48,960 nucleotides of DNA, taken from Phycisphaerae bacterium (GTDB lineage: Bacteria; Planctomycetota; Phycisphaerae; UBA1845; JANYLN01). Location of the stretch: positions 1 to 48,960 of the forward strand of contig JAWLBS010000005.1 of assembly GCA_041687575.1 (NCBI GenBank). The letters run 5' to 3'. Under the pieces are notes generated by a model. It had not been told where the DNA came from. It ran no database searches and worked only from the letters and a program-made list of their open reading frames with translations. Position 1 is the first letter of the stretch. The number at the start of each line of letters is the position of its first letter. Both the position numbers and the translations under genes were made by a program. Of the stretch, positions 39,125 through 48,960 are shown piece after piece.

Positions 39125-39784
39125 TTACACCCGCTCGAGATTCCAGTACTCCACGTCCACGGGTGTCGAACGGCCAAAGATCGTGATAAGCACCGTGACG
39201 GTCTGCTTCTGCTCGTCGACGCTCTCGACCTCGCCTTCGAAATTCTCGAAACTGCCCTCGCGAATCTTGACCCGGTCGCCCTTCTTGTACTGCATGGAGA
39301 CCATGCCGCTGGACTGGTCGGGCCGCTCGGCGATCGCCAGCATCTTCTCCACCTCGGGCGGATTCATCGCGCTGGGCTTGCCCTCCGAGCCGATGAAGTC
39401 GCCGACGCCCGTGGTCTCCTTGATCAGGAACCAGACGTCCTCCTGGATGCTGCCGTCCTCTTCGGTCCGCATCTCCACGAAGACATAGCCCGGGTAGAGC
39501 TTGCGATTGTACACGCGGCTCTGCCCGCCCTTGATCCGCCGCTCGGGCACGGTCGGCACGAGCACACGCCCGACACGGTCGGTCATGCCCTCGATCTCGA
39601 CCTTGCGGGTCAGGGCGTCGCGGACCTGCTCTTCCTTGTTGGAAGCCACACGCAGGACGTACCACTCCATCCCCACCTCGGTCGGGGCCTGTTCCTGGTC
39701 CTGAACCTCGTCCGGCTGGGAAGCCTGAGGGTCCGGCTGGATCTCGTCCTGGTTGGCGTTCGGTGTATCGTTCATTGCATTCAC
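39125..39784 (-). CDS. nusG: Transcription termination/antitermination factor NusG
   Basis: WYVLRV, KLYPGYVFVEM, KOW domain, IFGRSTPV; start may be ATG 39775. Confidence 0.96.
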   Translation of the reverse strand: MNAMNDTPNANQDEIQPDPQASQPDEVQDQEQAPTEVGMEWYVLRVASNKEEQVRDALTRKVEIEGMTDRVGRVLVPTVPERRIKGGQSRVYNRKLYPGYVFVEMRTEEDGSIQEDVWFLIKETTGVGDFIGSEGKPSAMNPPEVEKMLAIAERPDQSSGMVSMQYKKGDRVKIREGSFENFEGEVESVDEQKQTVTVLITIFGRSTPVDVEYWNLERV

Positions 39785-39823
39785 AATTTCTGCTGCTTCT
39801 GATGCCGCGGAAACCGGCGGAAC

Positions 39824-40357
39824 CTAGAACGGCGTCTTGAGCACCCCGATCAGCCGGAAGAACCAGGTGAAGAACAGATCGACCGTGAACAGGCCGATCG
39901 TCAGGAAGATCACCATGCCGATCACGACCTTGGTCGCACCCCAGACTTCCTTGCGGCTGGACCAGGTCACCTTCTTCATCTCGCCTTCGGTGGCAATCAG
40001 GAAGTCGGCCGATGAGCGGTTGACGCCGATCAGGTACCAGACCAGCAGGGCCACTGCCCCGCAGATCGCCAGCGATGTCGCCACCGCCGCCCATTCACCC
40101 GTCTGACTGAAAGGCACCTGCAGCTTCTCATACATCCAGTTCCAGGCGCCCAACAGGATCACGCCGGCACCGACACCCGACCACAGCCGGATCTGCTTGC
40201 CCTGATGAGGCTTATACATACTGAACAGGTTGAACGCGCTCCGCGAACGGGCCGACGGCGCCGTTCGCGCGGCGGCGGCCTTCCTGCCTTCCGCTTCGTC
40301 CATCACAACCGACTCCTGCGGCTCAGCCACAGCGTTGCTGTTGCGGTTTTTCGCCAT
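39824..40357 (-). CDS. secE: Preprotein translocase SecE
   Basis: FLIATEGEMKKVTWSSRKEV followed by a TM helix; lies between tRNA-Trp and nusG. Confidence 0.92.
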   Translation of the reverse strand: MAKNRNSNAVAEPQESVVMDEAEGRKAAAARTAPSARSRSAFNLFSMYKPHQGKQIRLWSGVGAGVILLGAWNWMYEKLQVPFSQTGEWAAVATSLAICGAVALLVWYLIGVNRSSADFLIATEGEMKKVTWSSRKEVWGATKVVIGMVIFLTIGLFTVDLFFTWFFRLIGVLKTPF

Positions 40358-40421
40358 GAGGCCTTTTCCATCTTTCAGTCATGCGCCGGGGCCCGAATCC
40401 AGCATGCCCCGAATGCAACAC

Positions 40422-40495
40422 CAGGGGCGGAGGGACTCGAACCCCCAACCGCCGGTTTTGGAAACCGGTGCTCTAGCCAATTGAGCTACGCCCCT
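40422..40495 (-). tRNA. tRNA-Trp(CCA)
   Basis: AGGGGCGTAGCTCAATTGGCTAGAGCACCGGTTTCCAAAACCGG...GTTCGAGTCCCTCCGCCCCTG; cloverleaf with anticodon CCA. Confidence 0.96.
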
Positions 40496-40549
40496 GTGCC
40501 AGCCAGGCGCCCGGGACGAACCCGTGCGCCTGGAGCACAGATCTATCTC

Positions 40550-40720
40550 TTACTTGCGCTTGAGCTTGTGAACCTTGTGCACCCGCTCGCGGGGGCAGTA
40601 CTTCTTCAGTTCCAGCTTCGGCGCGCCGCCCATCACGTTCACGTTCGTGCGGTAGTTCAACTCCCCGCACTCCGTGCACTGAAGCCAGGCGTCCTCACGA
40701 CGTTGACCCTTCTTTGCCAT
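40550..40720 (-). CDS. rpmG: 50S ribosomal protein L33
   Basis: Not in the ORF track; manual translation MAKKGQRREDAWLQCTECGELNYRTNVNVMGGAPKLELKKYCPRERVHKVHKLKRK. Confidence 0.95.
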   Translation of the reverse strand: MAKKGQRREDAWLQCTECGELNYRTNVNVMGGAPKLELKKYCPRERVHKVHKLKRK

Positions 40721-40756
40721 CGCTCTGCCACCTTATCGCAGCATCCGTCGCCGGAT

Positions 40757-41971
<1,215 letters not shown>

Positions 41972-42117
41972 TGCCTACTACTCCTCCATTTTGCCCCGCT
42001 CGCCAGGGCGAGCTTCCTGTTCCAAGCGATTTCCGTTCTTGTCTGCCTCTGTCGTACGCCTCTCGCCTTGCGGCAGCCGAAAAAAGGCCCGCATGGCAAC
42101 CGCACGACTCCAAAAAG

Positions 42118-42189
<72 letters not shown>

Positions 42190-42235
42190 ACCGACACCTC
42201 GCTACCGGCGTCGCGCCCGTCTACAGAAGCCGTCT

Positions 42236-42263
42236 ATTGTACAAGCGGCATCCGGACAGTCAA
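42236..42263 (-). promoter_or_regulatory. Internal sigma70-like promoter before tRNA-Thr/tuf
   Basis: TTGACT-N16-TACAAT. Confidence 0.6.
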
Positions 42264-42294
42264 TCGTCGTTTTTTGCTTCCGACGACCGGAAAG

Positions 42295-42365
42295 AGCGGG
42301 CGATGGGAATCGAACCCACATAGCCGGCTTGGAAGGCCGGTGCTCTACCATTGAGCTACGCCCAC
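42295..42365 (-). tRNA. tRNA-Gly(TCC)
   Basis: GTGGGCGTAGCTCAATGGTAGAGCACCGGCCTTCCAAGCCGG...GTTCGATTCCCATCGCCCGCT. Confidence 0.95.
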
Positions 42366-42458
42366 GCCGCGCCAACACAATCCGCCCGCCGAAGCCATTG
42401 ACCCCGGCGGGCGAACCATTTTGCGAGCTGCTCCCGCGTCACGCGCGGCTCACTCACA

Positions 42459-42540
42459 TGGTCGGAGCAGGATTCGAACCTGCGTAGGCAATGCCAGCGG
42501 GTTTACAGCCCGCCCCCTTTAGCCACTCGGGCATCCGACC
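42459..42540 (-). tRNA. tRNA-Tyr(GTA)
   Basis: GGTCGGATGCCCGAGTGGCTAAAGGGGGCGGGCTGTAAACCCGC, long variable arm, GTTCGAATCCTGCTCCGACCA. Confidence 0.96.
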
Positions 42541-42589
42541 ATCCGACTAAAACGCCGCCCCGGCGGGTGCCGCGACGGCAAGATGTCTA

Positions 42590-42618
42590 AGAATAAAGCA
42601 CACGCCACCGCCTGTCAA
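42590..42618 (-). promoter_or_regulatory. Sigma70-like promoter of the tRNA-tuf operon
   Basis: TTGACA-N17-TATTCT about 50 nt upstream of tRNA-Tyr. Confidence 0.7.
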
Positions 42619-42800
42619 CCGCACCGCGCGATCCGCCGCCAGCCGGATCATGCCGCAGAGGCTCGCCGGACCCAGAGTTGCAATTCAGATCGACGCGGGT
42701 GACAAACCGGAGGAGCCCTCCGCCCTGCCCGCCGCTGAAAGCCGGGTGCCACAATCCTGCGAAGGGCAGTGCTGTAGCCCACCGCAGCCGCGACGAATGT

Positions 42801-44045
42801 CTACCCGCGCACCGCCCCCGCCACCGACTCGTCCATCTCGAGATCGATTCCGCTTGCCGCATCGTTGAACAGCACCCGGCCGGCCTTGACCGTCATCTGG
42901 ACACATAAGTCGTTGTCCATGACGACGATATCGGCATCTTTGCCCACCGCCAGGATCCCCCGGCAGTGCTTCATCCGAAGGATGCGGGCGGCGTTGAGCG
43001 AGGCCATCTGCGCCGCGTGCGTCAGCGGGGCCCCCGCCTCGCGCACCATCGTCCGCACCGCCTGGTCCATCGTCAGCGTGCTGCCTGCCAGCGTATCCGA
43101 TGCCGAGCCATCTTCTTCGGCCAGGTACGCCCGCCCGCCGCTGACGTGCACCGTCTGGCCCGAAAACTCGAACGTCCCGTCCGGCATGCCCGCCGCCCGG
43201 ATCGCGTCGGTCACAAGAATGATCTTGTCGTGCGTCTTGATCTTCAGCAGCAGCTGCAGCACCGCCGGGTGCACGTGCACCGCGTCGGCGATCACCTCGA
43301 CGAACAACTCGTCCCGCAGCAGCGTGCCGACCAGCACGCCCGGCTTGCGGTGGTGCATCGGCCGCATCGCGTTGAAAATGTGCGTCACACCCTCCAGGCC
43401 GTTGTCGATCGCCTCGGAGACCTGGTCGTACGAGGCCTGGGAATGCCCGATCGCCAGGTGGATGCCGTGCATCGCCGCCTCGCGCGCCACCGCCAGGCCC
43501 CCGGGGATCTCCGGCGAGATCGTCATCGCCTTGATGCAGCTGTTGGCCCGGTCGTAGATCTCCTGCCACGATTCCAACTCGGCGGCCCACATGTAGTCCG
43601 GCCGGATCGCCCCGTGCATCTCGGGGTTCATGAACGGCCCTTCCAGGTGCACGCCCTCGAGGATCCGGGTCGGCCGATCGGCCTTGCACGCCGCGACCAG
43701 CCGGTCCAGGGTCTCATAAAAAGGCCGCTTCGGCTGCGGGTAAACCGTTGCCAGCATCGAGGTCGTGCCATGAGCGGCGTAAAACCGCTCGACCTTCGCC
43801 AGGCCTTCCGTGTCGGCGCAGGAAAAGTCCTCCCCGCAGCCGCCATGCACGTGGATGTCGATGAAGCCAGGCATGACGTACCGGCCACCAAGGTCGACTT
43901 CCCGGGCTCCACGCGGAATGGAAACATCCTCGCGCGGCCCGAACTGGACGATCATCCCGTCACGGATGACCATCGCGGCGTCGAGTTCCATTCGATAAGG
44001 GGTGATGGCATTGAAACCGCAGAGGTAAATCGGGTGAGCCGGCAC
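42801..44045 (-). CDS. nagA: N-acetylglucosamine-6-phosphate deacetylase
   Basis: PGFIDIHVHG, HLEGPF, GHS, THIFNAM, LVTDA, LAGSTLTM; start taken as GTG 44045 (GGAAGGA upstream). Confidence 0.93.
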   Translation of the reverse strand: MPAHPIYLCGFNAITPYRMELDAAMVIRDGMIVQFGPREDVSIPRGAREVDLGGRYVMPGFIDIHVHGGCGEDFSCADTEGLAKVERFYAAHGTTSMLATVYPQPKRPFYETLDRLVAACKADRPTRILEGVHLEGPFMNPEMHGAIRPDYMWAAELESWQEIYDRANSCIKAMTISPEIPGGLAVAREAAMHGIHLAIGHSQASYDQVSEAIDNGLEGVTHIFNAMRPMHHRKPGVLVGTLLRDELFVEVIADAVHVHPAVLQLLLKIKTHDKIILVTDAIRAAGMPDGTFEFSGQTVHVSGGRAYLAEEDGSASDTLAGSTLTMDQAVRTMVREAGAPLTHAAQMASLNAARILRMKHCRGILAVGKDADIVVMDNDLCVQMTVKAGRVLFNDAASGIDLEMDESVAGAVRG

Positions 44046-44381
44046 GTCTGTTCCTTCCAATGTTAGGGTCGAGGCCACAATATCCGCACTCGCGGGTCCG
44101 GTCCAGCGATGAAACAACCATCGGCCGGACCCGCCGGAGTCTTTATAACAGTATAGCACCCTCGCCAATCGCTGCATGTGCAAGGGACTGCTGGTCTTGT
44201 GTCAGAAAGGCCTTCGCATGCGGTGAGCAGAGCCCGTTGCCCCCCAGACCAGCCGCTGTAACAGCCATTCACGACGGGCATCCCGTGGACCCTCTGCCCC
44301 GCCATCGGCTGGCATGTATCTCGGCCGCACAATGGAGGAGGGTGGCCCCCCTGTCGAAGATCTGCCGACGCCGCCCCGCTA

Positions 44382-44447
44382 TTCGTTTTATACGAACGTT
44401 ACCAACGATTAATTCTGTTTGTCCGAAGCGTTCCCCACGCGTATATA
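44382..44447 (+). promoter_or_regulatory. LysR-type box plus promoter upstream of rnk
   Basis: TTCG-N7-CGAA palindrome, then TTGTCC-N17-TATATA; aligns without gaps to 46830-46895. Confidence 0.6.
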
Positions 44448-44556
44448 TTGTGCATCGGCAAGGCAGTGGTTGTTGCTGCGCGCGTCGCGCTGTCGAACCG
44501 GCCGACCGGCAAACATCCCCGCGGCGGGATTGTCCACGGTTACGGAGAAAAACTCG

Positions 44557-44967
44557 ATGTCGCCAAGAGAAATTCATACAACGGAACAAGACATGGCTCG
44601 GCTGCGCGAGCTGCTGGCCAATGCCTCGCGCAATGGTCACCGACCAGATTTGGTTGCGCTGGAAGCGGAACTGCGCCACGCACAGATCGTTCCGGCACAG
44701 GACATCCCCAAGGACGTCGTCACGATGAACTCGGAGGTCGTGCTTCGCGATATGGCCGCACGCGAGGATCTCGTCTATACGCTCGTGTTCCCGGAAGAGG
44801 CGAACCTCGACCTGAACCGCATCTCCGTGCTGGCCCCCATCGGCACCGCCATGCTCGGCTGCAAGAAAGGCGATGCCTTTGAGTGGCAGGTGCCGGCTGG
44901 TTGCCGGAAACTGAAAATCAAGGACATCCTGTTCCAACCGGAGGCGGCTGGCCGATTCGACCTTTGA
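44557..44967 (+). CDS. rnk: Regulator of nucleoside diphosphate kinase (GreA/GreB family)
   Basis: LEAELRHA, IPKDVVTMNS, TLVFPEEA, ISVLAPIGTAMLG, ILFQPEAAG; start ATG 44557 with GGAG upstream. Confidence 0.9.
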   Translation: MSPREIHTTEQDMARLRELLANASRNGHRPDLVALEAELRHAQIVPAQDIPKDVVTMNSEVVLRDMAAREDLVYTLVFPEEANLDLNRISVLAPIGTAMLGCKKGDAFEWQVPAGCRKLKIKDILFQPEAAGRFDL

Positions 44968-45076
44968 CCCCGGACCGGCGCGGCATGGCGCGGTAATCTT
45001 CGGTTTCGATTCTCCGTCGCGTATGGTTCGGCATGCGAGCGGCACCGGTTGCCACGGCCCGATGTGCGCCGCGGCA

Positions 45077-45697
45077 TTACACCGCCGAGGCCTGTAACAA
45101 CTCCCGAATCCCCGTGAAGATGAGCTCGGCAGCCAGGCTGGCCAGCACGAGTCCCGTCAGCTTGGTCAGAACCGACATGATTCGCGGCGGCAGCAGGCGC
45201 TGCGCCCGCGCTGCCACGTACAGCAGGGCGCCCACCGACAGGACGGCGGCCAGCAGGGCCCCGACGGCGACCGCCTGCGATCGGATATCTCCACCGAAGT
45301 TGCGGTGAACGTCCGCGCCCAGAACCAGCAGCGTGCCCGTGGTCCCCGGCCCGACGGTAACGGGCATCGCCAGCGGCACCACGGATATGTCCTCATCCTC
45401 GCCCGGGGCTCGCTGTTCCGAACCGCCTTTGACCAACGCCACTGCCGACAGGAACAACAGTGCCCCGGCGCCGACGCGGAAAGCGTCCAGCGTGATCCCC
45501 ATCACGCCGAAGATCGAGTTGCCGAACAGGTAGAGAATCAGGCTGAATACGATGACCGCCCCGACGGTCCGCACGGCGATCCGGCACCTCTGCCGGCTGG
45601 CCATGCCTGAGGTCATCGACAAAAACGTCGAGATCACGAAGAACGGCGTCAGCAGGAAAAACAGCTTGATGTAGGTGTTGATAAACAGGTCGAACAC
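45077..45697 (-). CDS. MarC family inner membrane protein
   Basis: FFLLTPF, GITLDAFRVGAG, VVPLAMPVTVGPG, several TM helices. Confidence 0.9.
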   Translation of the reverse strand: MFDLFINTYIKLFFLLTPFFVISTFLSMTSGMASRQRCRIAVRTVGAVIVFSLILYLFGNSIFGVMGITLDAFRVGAGALLFLSAVALVKGGSEQRAPGEDEDISVVPLAMPVTVGPGTTGTLLVLGADVHRNFGGDIRSQAVAVGALLAAVLSVGALLYVAARAQRLLPPRIMSVLTKLTGLVLASLAAELIFTGIRELLQASAV

Positions 45698-45920
45698 CAG
45701 GGCGGCTCCCACAAGACTCCCACGTATCGGGCGGGTTACCAAGCCTTAATGCTAACGCCTGGTGCAGGTCATCACAAGCCGCCATGCCCGTAACAACACG
45801 CGATCCTGATTGAAGGGTGCGTCCGCTCCCGGGCCTCTTCCTGTCGGCCCGGAACCGCCCCCCGCTCTCCACGATCTGCCATTTGATAGAACCGAACAGA
45901 GACGCCACTACAGTGTGCTG

Positions 45921-46817
45921 TTAGAATATCTCTTCCCGGGCGGAACGGGCAATGAGCATGACCGCCGGATGCTTCACCTTCCGTTCGGCGGATACCGCGT
46001 AGACCCGCTGGCGCACCGCATCCAGCCGGCCTACCACCTGCACGCCGTAGCGCTGAACGACATCCTCCTCAAGCACCGTCGGCGAGACGAACAGGCCCGC
46101 CCCGGACTGACCGAAAACGGCCACCAGCGCACTGTCATCGAACTCACCGACGACGGTTGGCCGCAGGTTCTCACCATCGAACCACTCGTCGAGCGTACGG
46201 CGCAGGACCGCATTGTCCGTCGGCAGCAGAACAGGCGCGCCGTCAAGCGAGCGGGGGAAGTCTCGGCGATACCCGTCGGCCAGTTCCTTTGTACCCAGAA
46301 CCGATACGCCCGATTCCCCCAATTCGTGGTTGTACGCCCGGACCTTGTCCAGCGGCGTGACCGGCGTATCCGAAAGGATCACGTCCAGCTCGTGGCTGGC
46401 CAGTCGCGGCAGCAGCCCCGAGAACCGGTCCTCGTAGCAGACCAGCTGCACGCGCTCCGGCAGATCCAGCACCGGCTGCAGCAGGCGGTAGGCAACCACC
46501 TTGGGCAACACGTCGACGATGCCCACGAACAGGCGGATCGGCCGGCCGGTGGGCCGGTTCTTGACGGTGTCCATCATCTCGCGCCCGAGCGTGAAGATCT
46601 CCTGGGCATACCCGTGCACCACCCGTCCCATTTCCGTCAGTTCCAGGCGTCGGCCGACGCGGAAAAACAGGGGTTCGTCCAGCGCCTCCTCGAGTTCCTG
46701 CATCTGGGCCGAGATGGTGGAAGGGGCCAGGCGCAGCTTCTTTGAGGCAGCCGTGATCGTTCCTTCGTTGACCACGGTCCAGAAGTAGAACAGGTGATGG
46801 TAGTTGAGCCATTCCAT
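45921..46817 (-). CDS. nhaR: LysR-family transcriptional activator, NhaR-like
   Basis: MEWLNYHHLFYFW, LFFRVGRRLELTEMG, GIVDVLPKVVAYRLL, GEFDDSAL; start ATG 46817. Confidence 0.88.
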   Translation of the reverse strand: MEWLNYHHLFYFWTVVNEGTITAASKKLRLAPSTISAQMQELEEALDEPLFFRVGRRLELTEMGRVVHGYAQEIFTLGREMMDTVKNRPTGRPIRLFVGIVDVLPKVVAYRLLQPVLDLPERVQLVCYEDRFSGLLPRLASHELDVILSDTPVTPLDKVRAYNHELGESGVSVLGTKELADGYRRDFPRSLDGAPVLLPTDNAVLRRTLDEWFDGENLRPTVVGEFDDSALVAVFGQSGAGLFVSPTVLEEDVVQRYGVQVVGRLDAVRQRVYAVSAERKVKHPAVMLIARSAREEIF

Positions 46818-46829
46818 GCAGAAGTATAT

Positions 46830-46895
46830 TTCGGCAAATCCGAACAGTCGACACGATATTTTCTGTTTGTACGAACTGCCGGGGCTGCGTATATA
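46830..46895 (+). promoter_or_regulatory. LysR-type box plus divergent promoter between nhaR and the HPF-like gene
   Basis: TTCG-N7-CGAA (T-N11-A core) next to the nhaR start, then TTGTAC-N17-TATATA. Confidence 0.65.
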
Positions 46896-46942
46896 CAGGT
46901 GGACGGTACGACACGGGGTCAAGCCATCTGAAGGAGAATGGT

Positions 46943-47263
46943 ATGCAACTGCAGATCGTCGCAACCAGCGTGCAGCTGAGCCCGGCCATGCGCGAGTTCA
47001 TCCGCCGGCGGGCAGAGATCGCTTTGGGGCGATATCGGCACCATATCGACTGGGTGCTGCTGCGCATGGTGGATCTTGAGGGTCCCGAGGGCGGGCTGGG
47101 CAAGCGATGCCAGGTCGATGCGCGGGTCTACCGTTTGGGCACCCTGTTCGCCCAGAGTACGGACCGGGATTGGCTCGCGGCTGTCGGTCGAGCGACCGAG
47201 CGGGTGGCCCGTCGGATCGAACGGGATCTGGGCATCCGCCGCCCTCAGCCCATGTCGCGATAA
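46943..47263 (+). CDS. HPF/RaiA (S30AE-like) ribosome-associated protein
   Basis: LSPAMREFIRRR..ALGRY, DLEGPEGGLGKRCQV, AAVGRATERVAR; AAGGAG RBS; divergent from nhaR. Confidence 0.75.
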   Translation: MQLQIVATSVQLSPAMREFIRRRAEIALGRYRHHIDWVLLRMVDLEGPEGGLGKRCQVDARVYRLGTLFAQSTDRDWLAAVGRATERVARRIERDLGIRRPQPMSR

Positions 47264-47358
47264 TCCTCGCTAAATCAGGCGTGGCTGTAGCCACACACGA
47301 AACCGAAACAATGGCGGCCTTGCAGCGCCGGCGGGTTGCGGACGGGCGGTGAACGACC

Positions 47359-47737
47359 CTACCCATACCGAATATCCGCATAGCAAAACCCCCTGCCGGC
47401 CCGCTCGTCCTGCTCGCGGATCCACTGGGCCAGGCCGACCTCGCGCTGCCGGCGGGCGTCGGCCAGGAGGGTGGGGTAGGTCTTGGCGAGCCCCTCGAAC
47501 CGCTTGCAGGGGAACTCCGGGCACGACGAGCAGACGTCCACCTTCTTTTCGGCCGCGCACTTGCGGATCGCACACGGCGGGTAGCCGCACTTGCCGCTGC
47601 GGCAGCCCTTGCAGTTCTCACCGGATTTGCAGAACCCCTCCAGCGATTTCCAGAACGTCTTGAACTCGGCATTGCCGCCCATGAAACTGTCGAACCCCTC
47701 GCCGTGTAGCGACGCCCGCAGGGCTTGGGCGTCTTGC
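47359..47737 (-). pseudogene. 5'-truncated Cys-rich protein (DUF3795-like)
   Basis: CKGCRSGKC..PCAIRKCAAEKKVDVCSSCPEFPC; the frame starts directly at the stop of the upstream antitoxin and lacks the expected N-terminal CGxxCxxC segment. Confidence 0.55.
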
Positions 47738-48160
47738 CTACAGAAACAGCCCCGGCTCGACCCTGAAGTGCTCCGCCAGCGTCCGGATGTGGGCCTTGCT
47801 GAGCTCCCGCCGGCCGGACAGGATCGCTGCCCCGAGCGTCCGGTTGCCCAGCAGCCGACCAAGATCCGAGCTGTTCATGTCGTGCTCGGCAAGCAGGGCC
47901 TTGAGGGCGTCCAGGGGCGTGATCCGCGAATCGTCGATGGGAAACCGGCCGGCCTCGTAGGCCTCCACGAAAGTGGAAAGGGCATCGAGGTAGTCCTCCT
48001 GGTCACCGTTCAGGTCGAACCCGGCCAGACGATCGATCATCTCCGTCGCACTTGCGAGGTCGGCGTCATCATGGATGGGACGGGGCGGCAGAAGCCTCAC
48101 CAGGGCCTTGTATGTCCCGGGCAGTCGCCAGGAATCGCTTCTTGCGGTTTCCTTGCTCAC
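47738..48160 (-). CDS. HigA-like HTH antitoxin
   Basis: YLDALSTFVEAYE, LKALLAEHDMNSSDLGRLLG, ILSGRRELSKAHIRTLAEHFRV. Confidence 0.85.
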   Translation of the reverse strand: MSKETARSDSWRLPGTYKALVRLLPPRPIHDDADLASATEMIDRLAGFDLNGDQEDYLDALSTFVEAYEAGRFPIDDSRITPLDALKALLAEHDMNSSDLGRLLGNRTLGAAILSGRRELSKAHIRTLAEHFRVEPGLFL

Positions 48161-48179
48161 ACAGGCTCTCCCTCCCGCC

Positions 48180-48398
48180 CTACGCCGTCAACCGTCCGAC
48201 GTCGGCCGGGATCTTGCTGAGGCTGATCTCACTGAGGTCCACTTTCCGGCTGGCGTTGTCGATGTCGATGCCGACGAGGTTGCCGGCGGCATCGTAATCG
48301 AGCACGACGCCCTCGGAGATCTCCCGGCTGGCCACGCTTGGCTTCGAGGAAAGGTCGATGTACAGCGAGTCAGTATCTTTGTAGTAGCTTAGCTTCAT
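48180..48398 (-). CDS. DUF2283 family protein (putative antitoxin)
   Basis: MKLSYYKDTDSLYIDL...EISEGVVLDYDAAGNLVGIDIDNAS; start ATG 48398. Confidence 0.85.
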   Translation of the reverse strand: MKLSYYKDTDSLYIDLSSKPSVASREISEGVVLDYDAAGNLVGIDIDNASRKVDLSEISLSKIPADVGRLTA

Positions 48399-48470
48399 CG
48401 CCCGAATCTCCGGCTCTAACGCTATCATACGCTTTCGAGCTGATTGTTGCGCATCGTGTGACCTCACAGT

Positions 48471-48647
48471 CTCGGCGTAGCACGGCCCTGCTCCCGTCTT
48501 CGTCGAACGACGACTTCGCCTTGGCAAGGGCGCAGGACCGTCGCACCCGAACCGCTCCTTCGCGGCTTTGTTCTCGTAGCGCAGCTTTCTTCTGCCTTCG
48601 CAGCTCGGCCACTCGCATCGCTGCGCTCGCTCGGGCGGGCCGCCTGA
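48471..48647. repeat. Second copy of the composite repeat at 4747-4880
   Basis: 48471-48550 is similar to 4747-4826; 48597-48647 matches 4830-4880 at 50 of 51 nt. Confidence 0.8.
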
Positions 48648-48814
48648 TGCTTTTTGACAGACTAATCGGGTAATGTAGCTACCAACAGCCACAATGCGAT
48701 GTCCTGCGACGCTCAACGGCAAGAGGCGAACAGCGCGACCACCTGGCCAGTTTGCCAAAGAGCATCAGGGTCGCGGGCGGTGGACGATGCAGGCGGGACA
48801 ATCGCCGTCGTCGT

Positions 48815-48920
48815 TGGCCCTGCAAGGGGCCGGATATGTAAGCCCAGGGGCAAGGCGGCGCAGCCGCCGCGAACCTGGGTCGGCGAACCAAACCCCCGGG
48901 AGCCCTGTAAGGGCGACATA
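48815..48920. repeat. REPIN-like palindromic element
   Basis: gccctgcaaggggc ... agcccaggg...cctggg ... gccctgtaagggc nested short palindromes. Confidence 0.5.
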
Positions 48921-48960
48921 ACCGCGGGGCCACGTGCAGGACCGCACCGCCCGCGGTTGC

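Noticed and set aside
48399-48758. N-terminal extension of the 192-aa ORF 48180..48758
   Set aside because: It is translated repeat sequence (GGPPERAQRCEWPSC also appears in ORF 4692..4994); the gene most likely starts at 48398.

Overview
High-GC bacterial DNA; the ribosomal protein and RNAP sequences suggest Planctomycetota, probably Phycisphaerae (inference). About 36.5 kb (5994-42540, all minus strand) is one contiguous translation/transcription supercluster: tRNA-Tyr/Gly/Thr, tuf, rpmG, tRNA-Trp, secE, nusG, rplKAJL, rpoBC, rpsLG, fusA, then the S10, spc and alpha operons. rpmD is absent and there is no tuf after fusA. Accessory genes lie on both sides. Left: a zinc-ribbon membrane protein, an orphan antitoxin, a GH31 glycosidase, a PIN TA pair, a methyltransferase and a HIT protein. 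Right: nagA, rnk, marC, nhaR, an HPF-like gene, a truncated Cys-rich gene and two orphan antitoxins. Several REP-like repeat families fill the spacers. The standout is a ~230-codon, lower-GC, in-frame insertion in rpoB (~32067-32783). It carries the motifs of a GIY-YIG nuclease in circularly permuted order and has no intein or intron hallmarks. Secondary candidates are a structured, attenuator-like leader before a divergent fusA and a 66-bp LysR-box/promoter motif shared by rnk and the HPF-like gene. All family calls are by motif recognition; no database searches were run.
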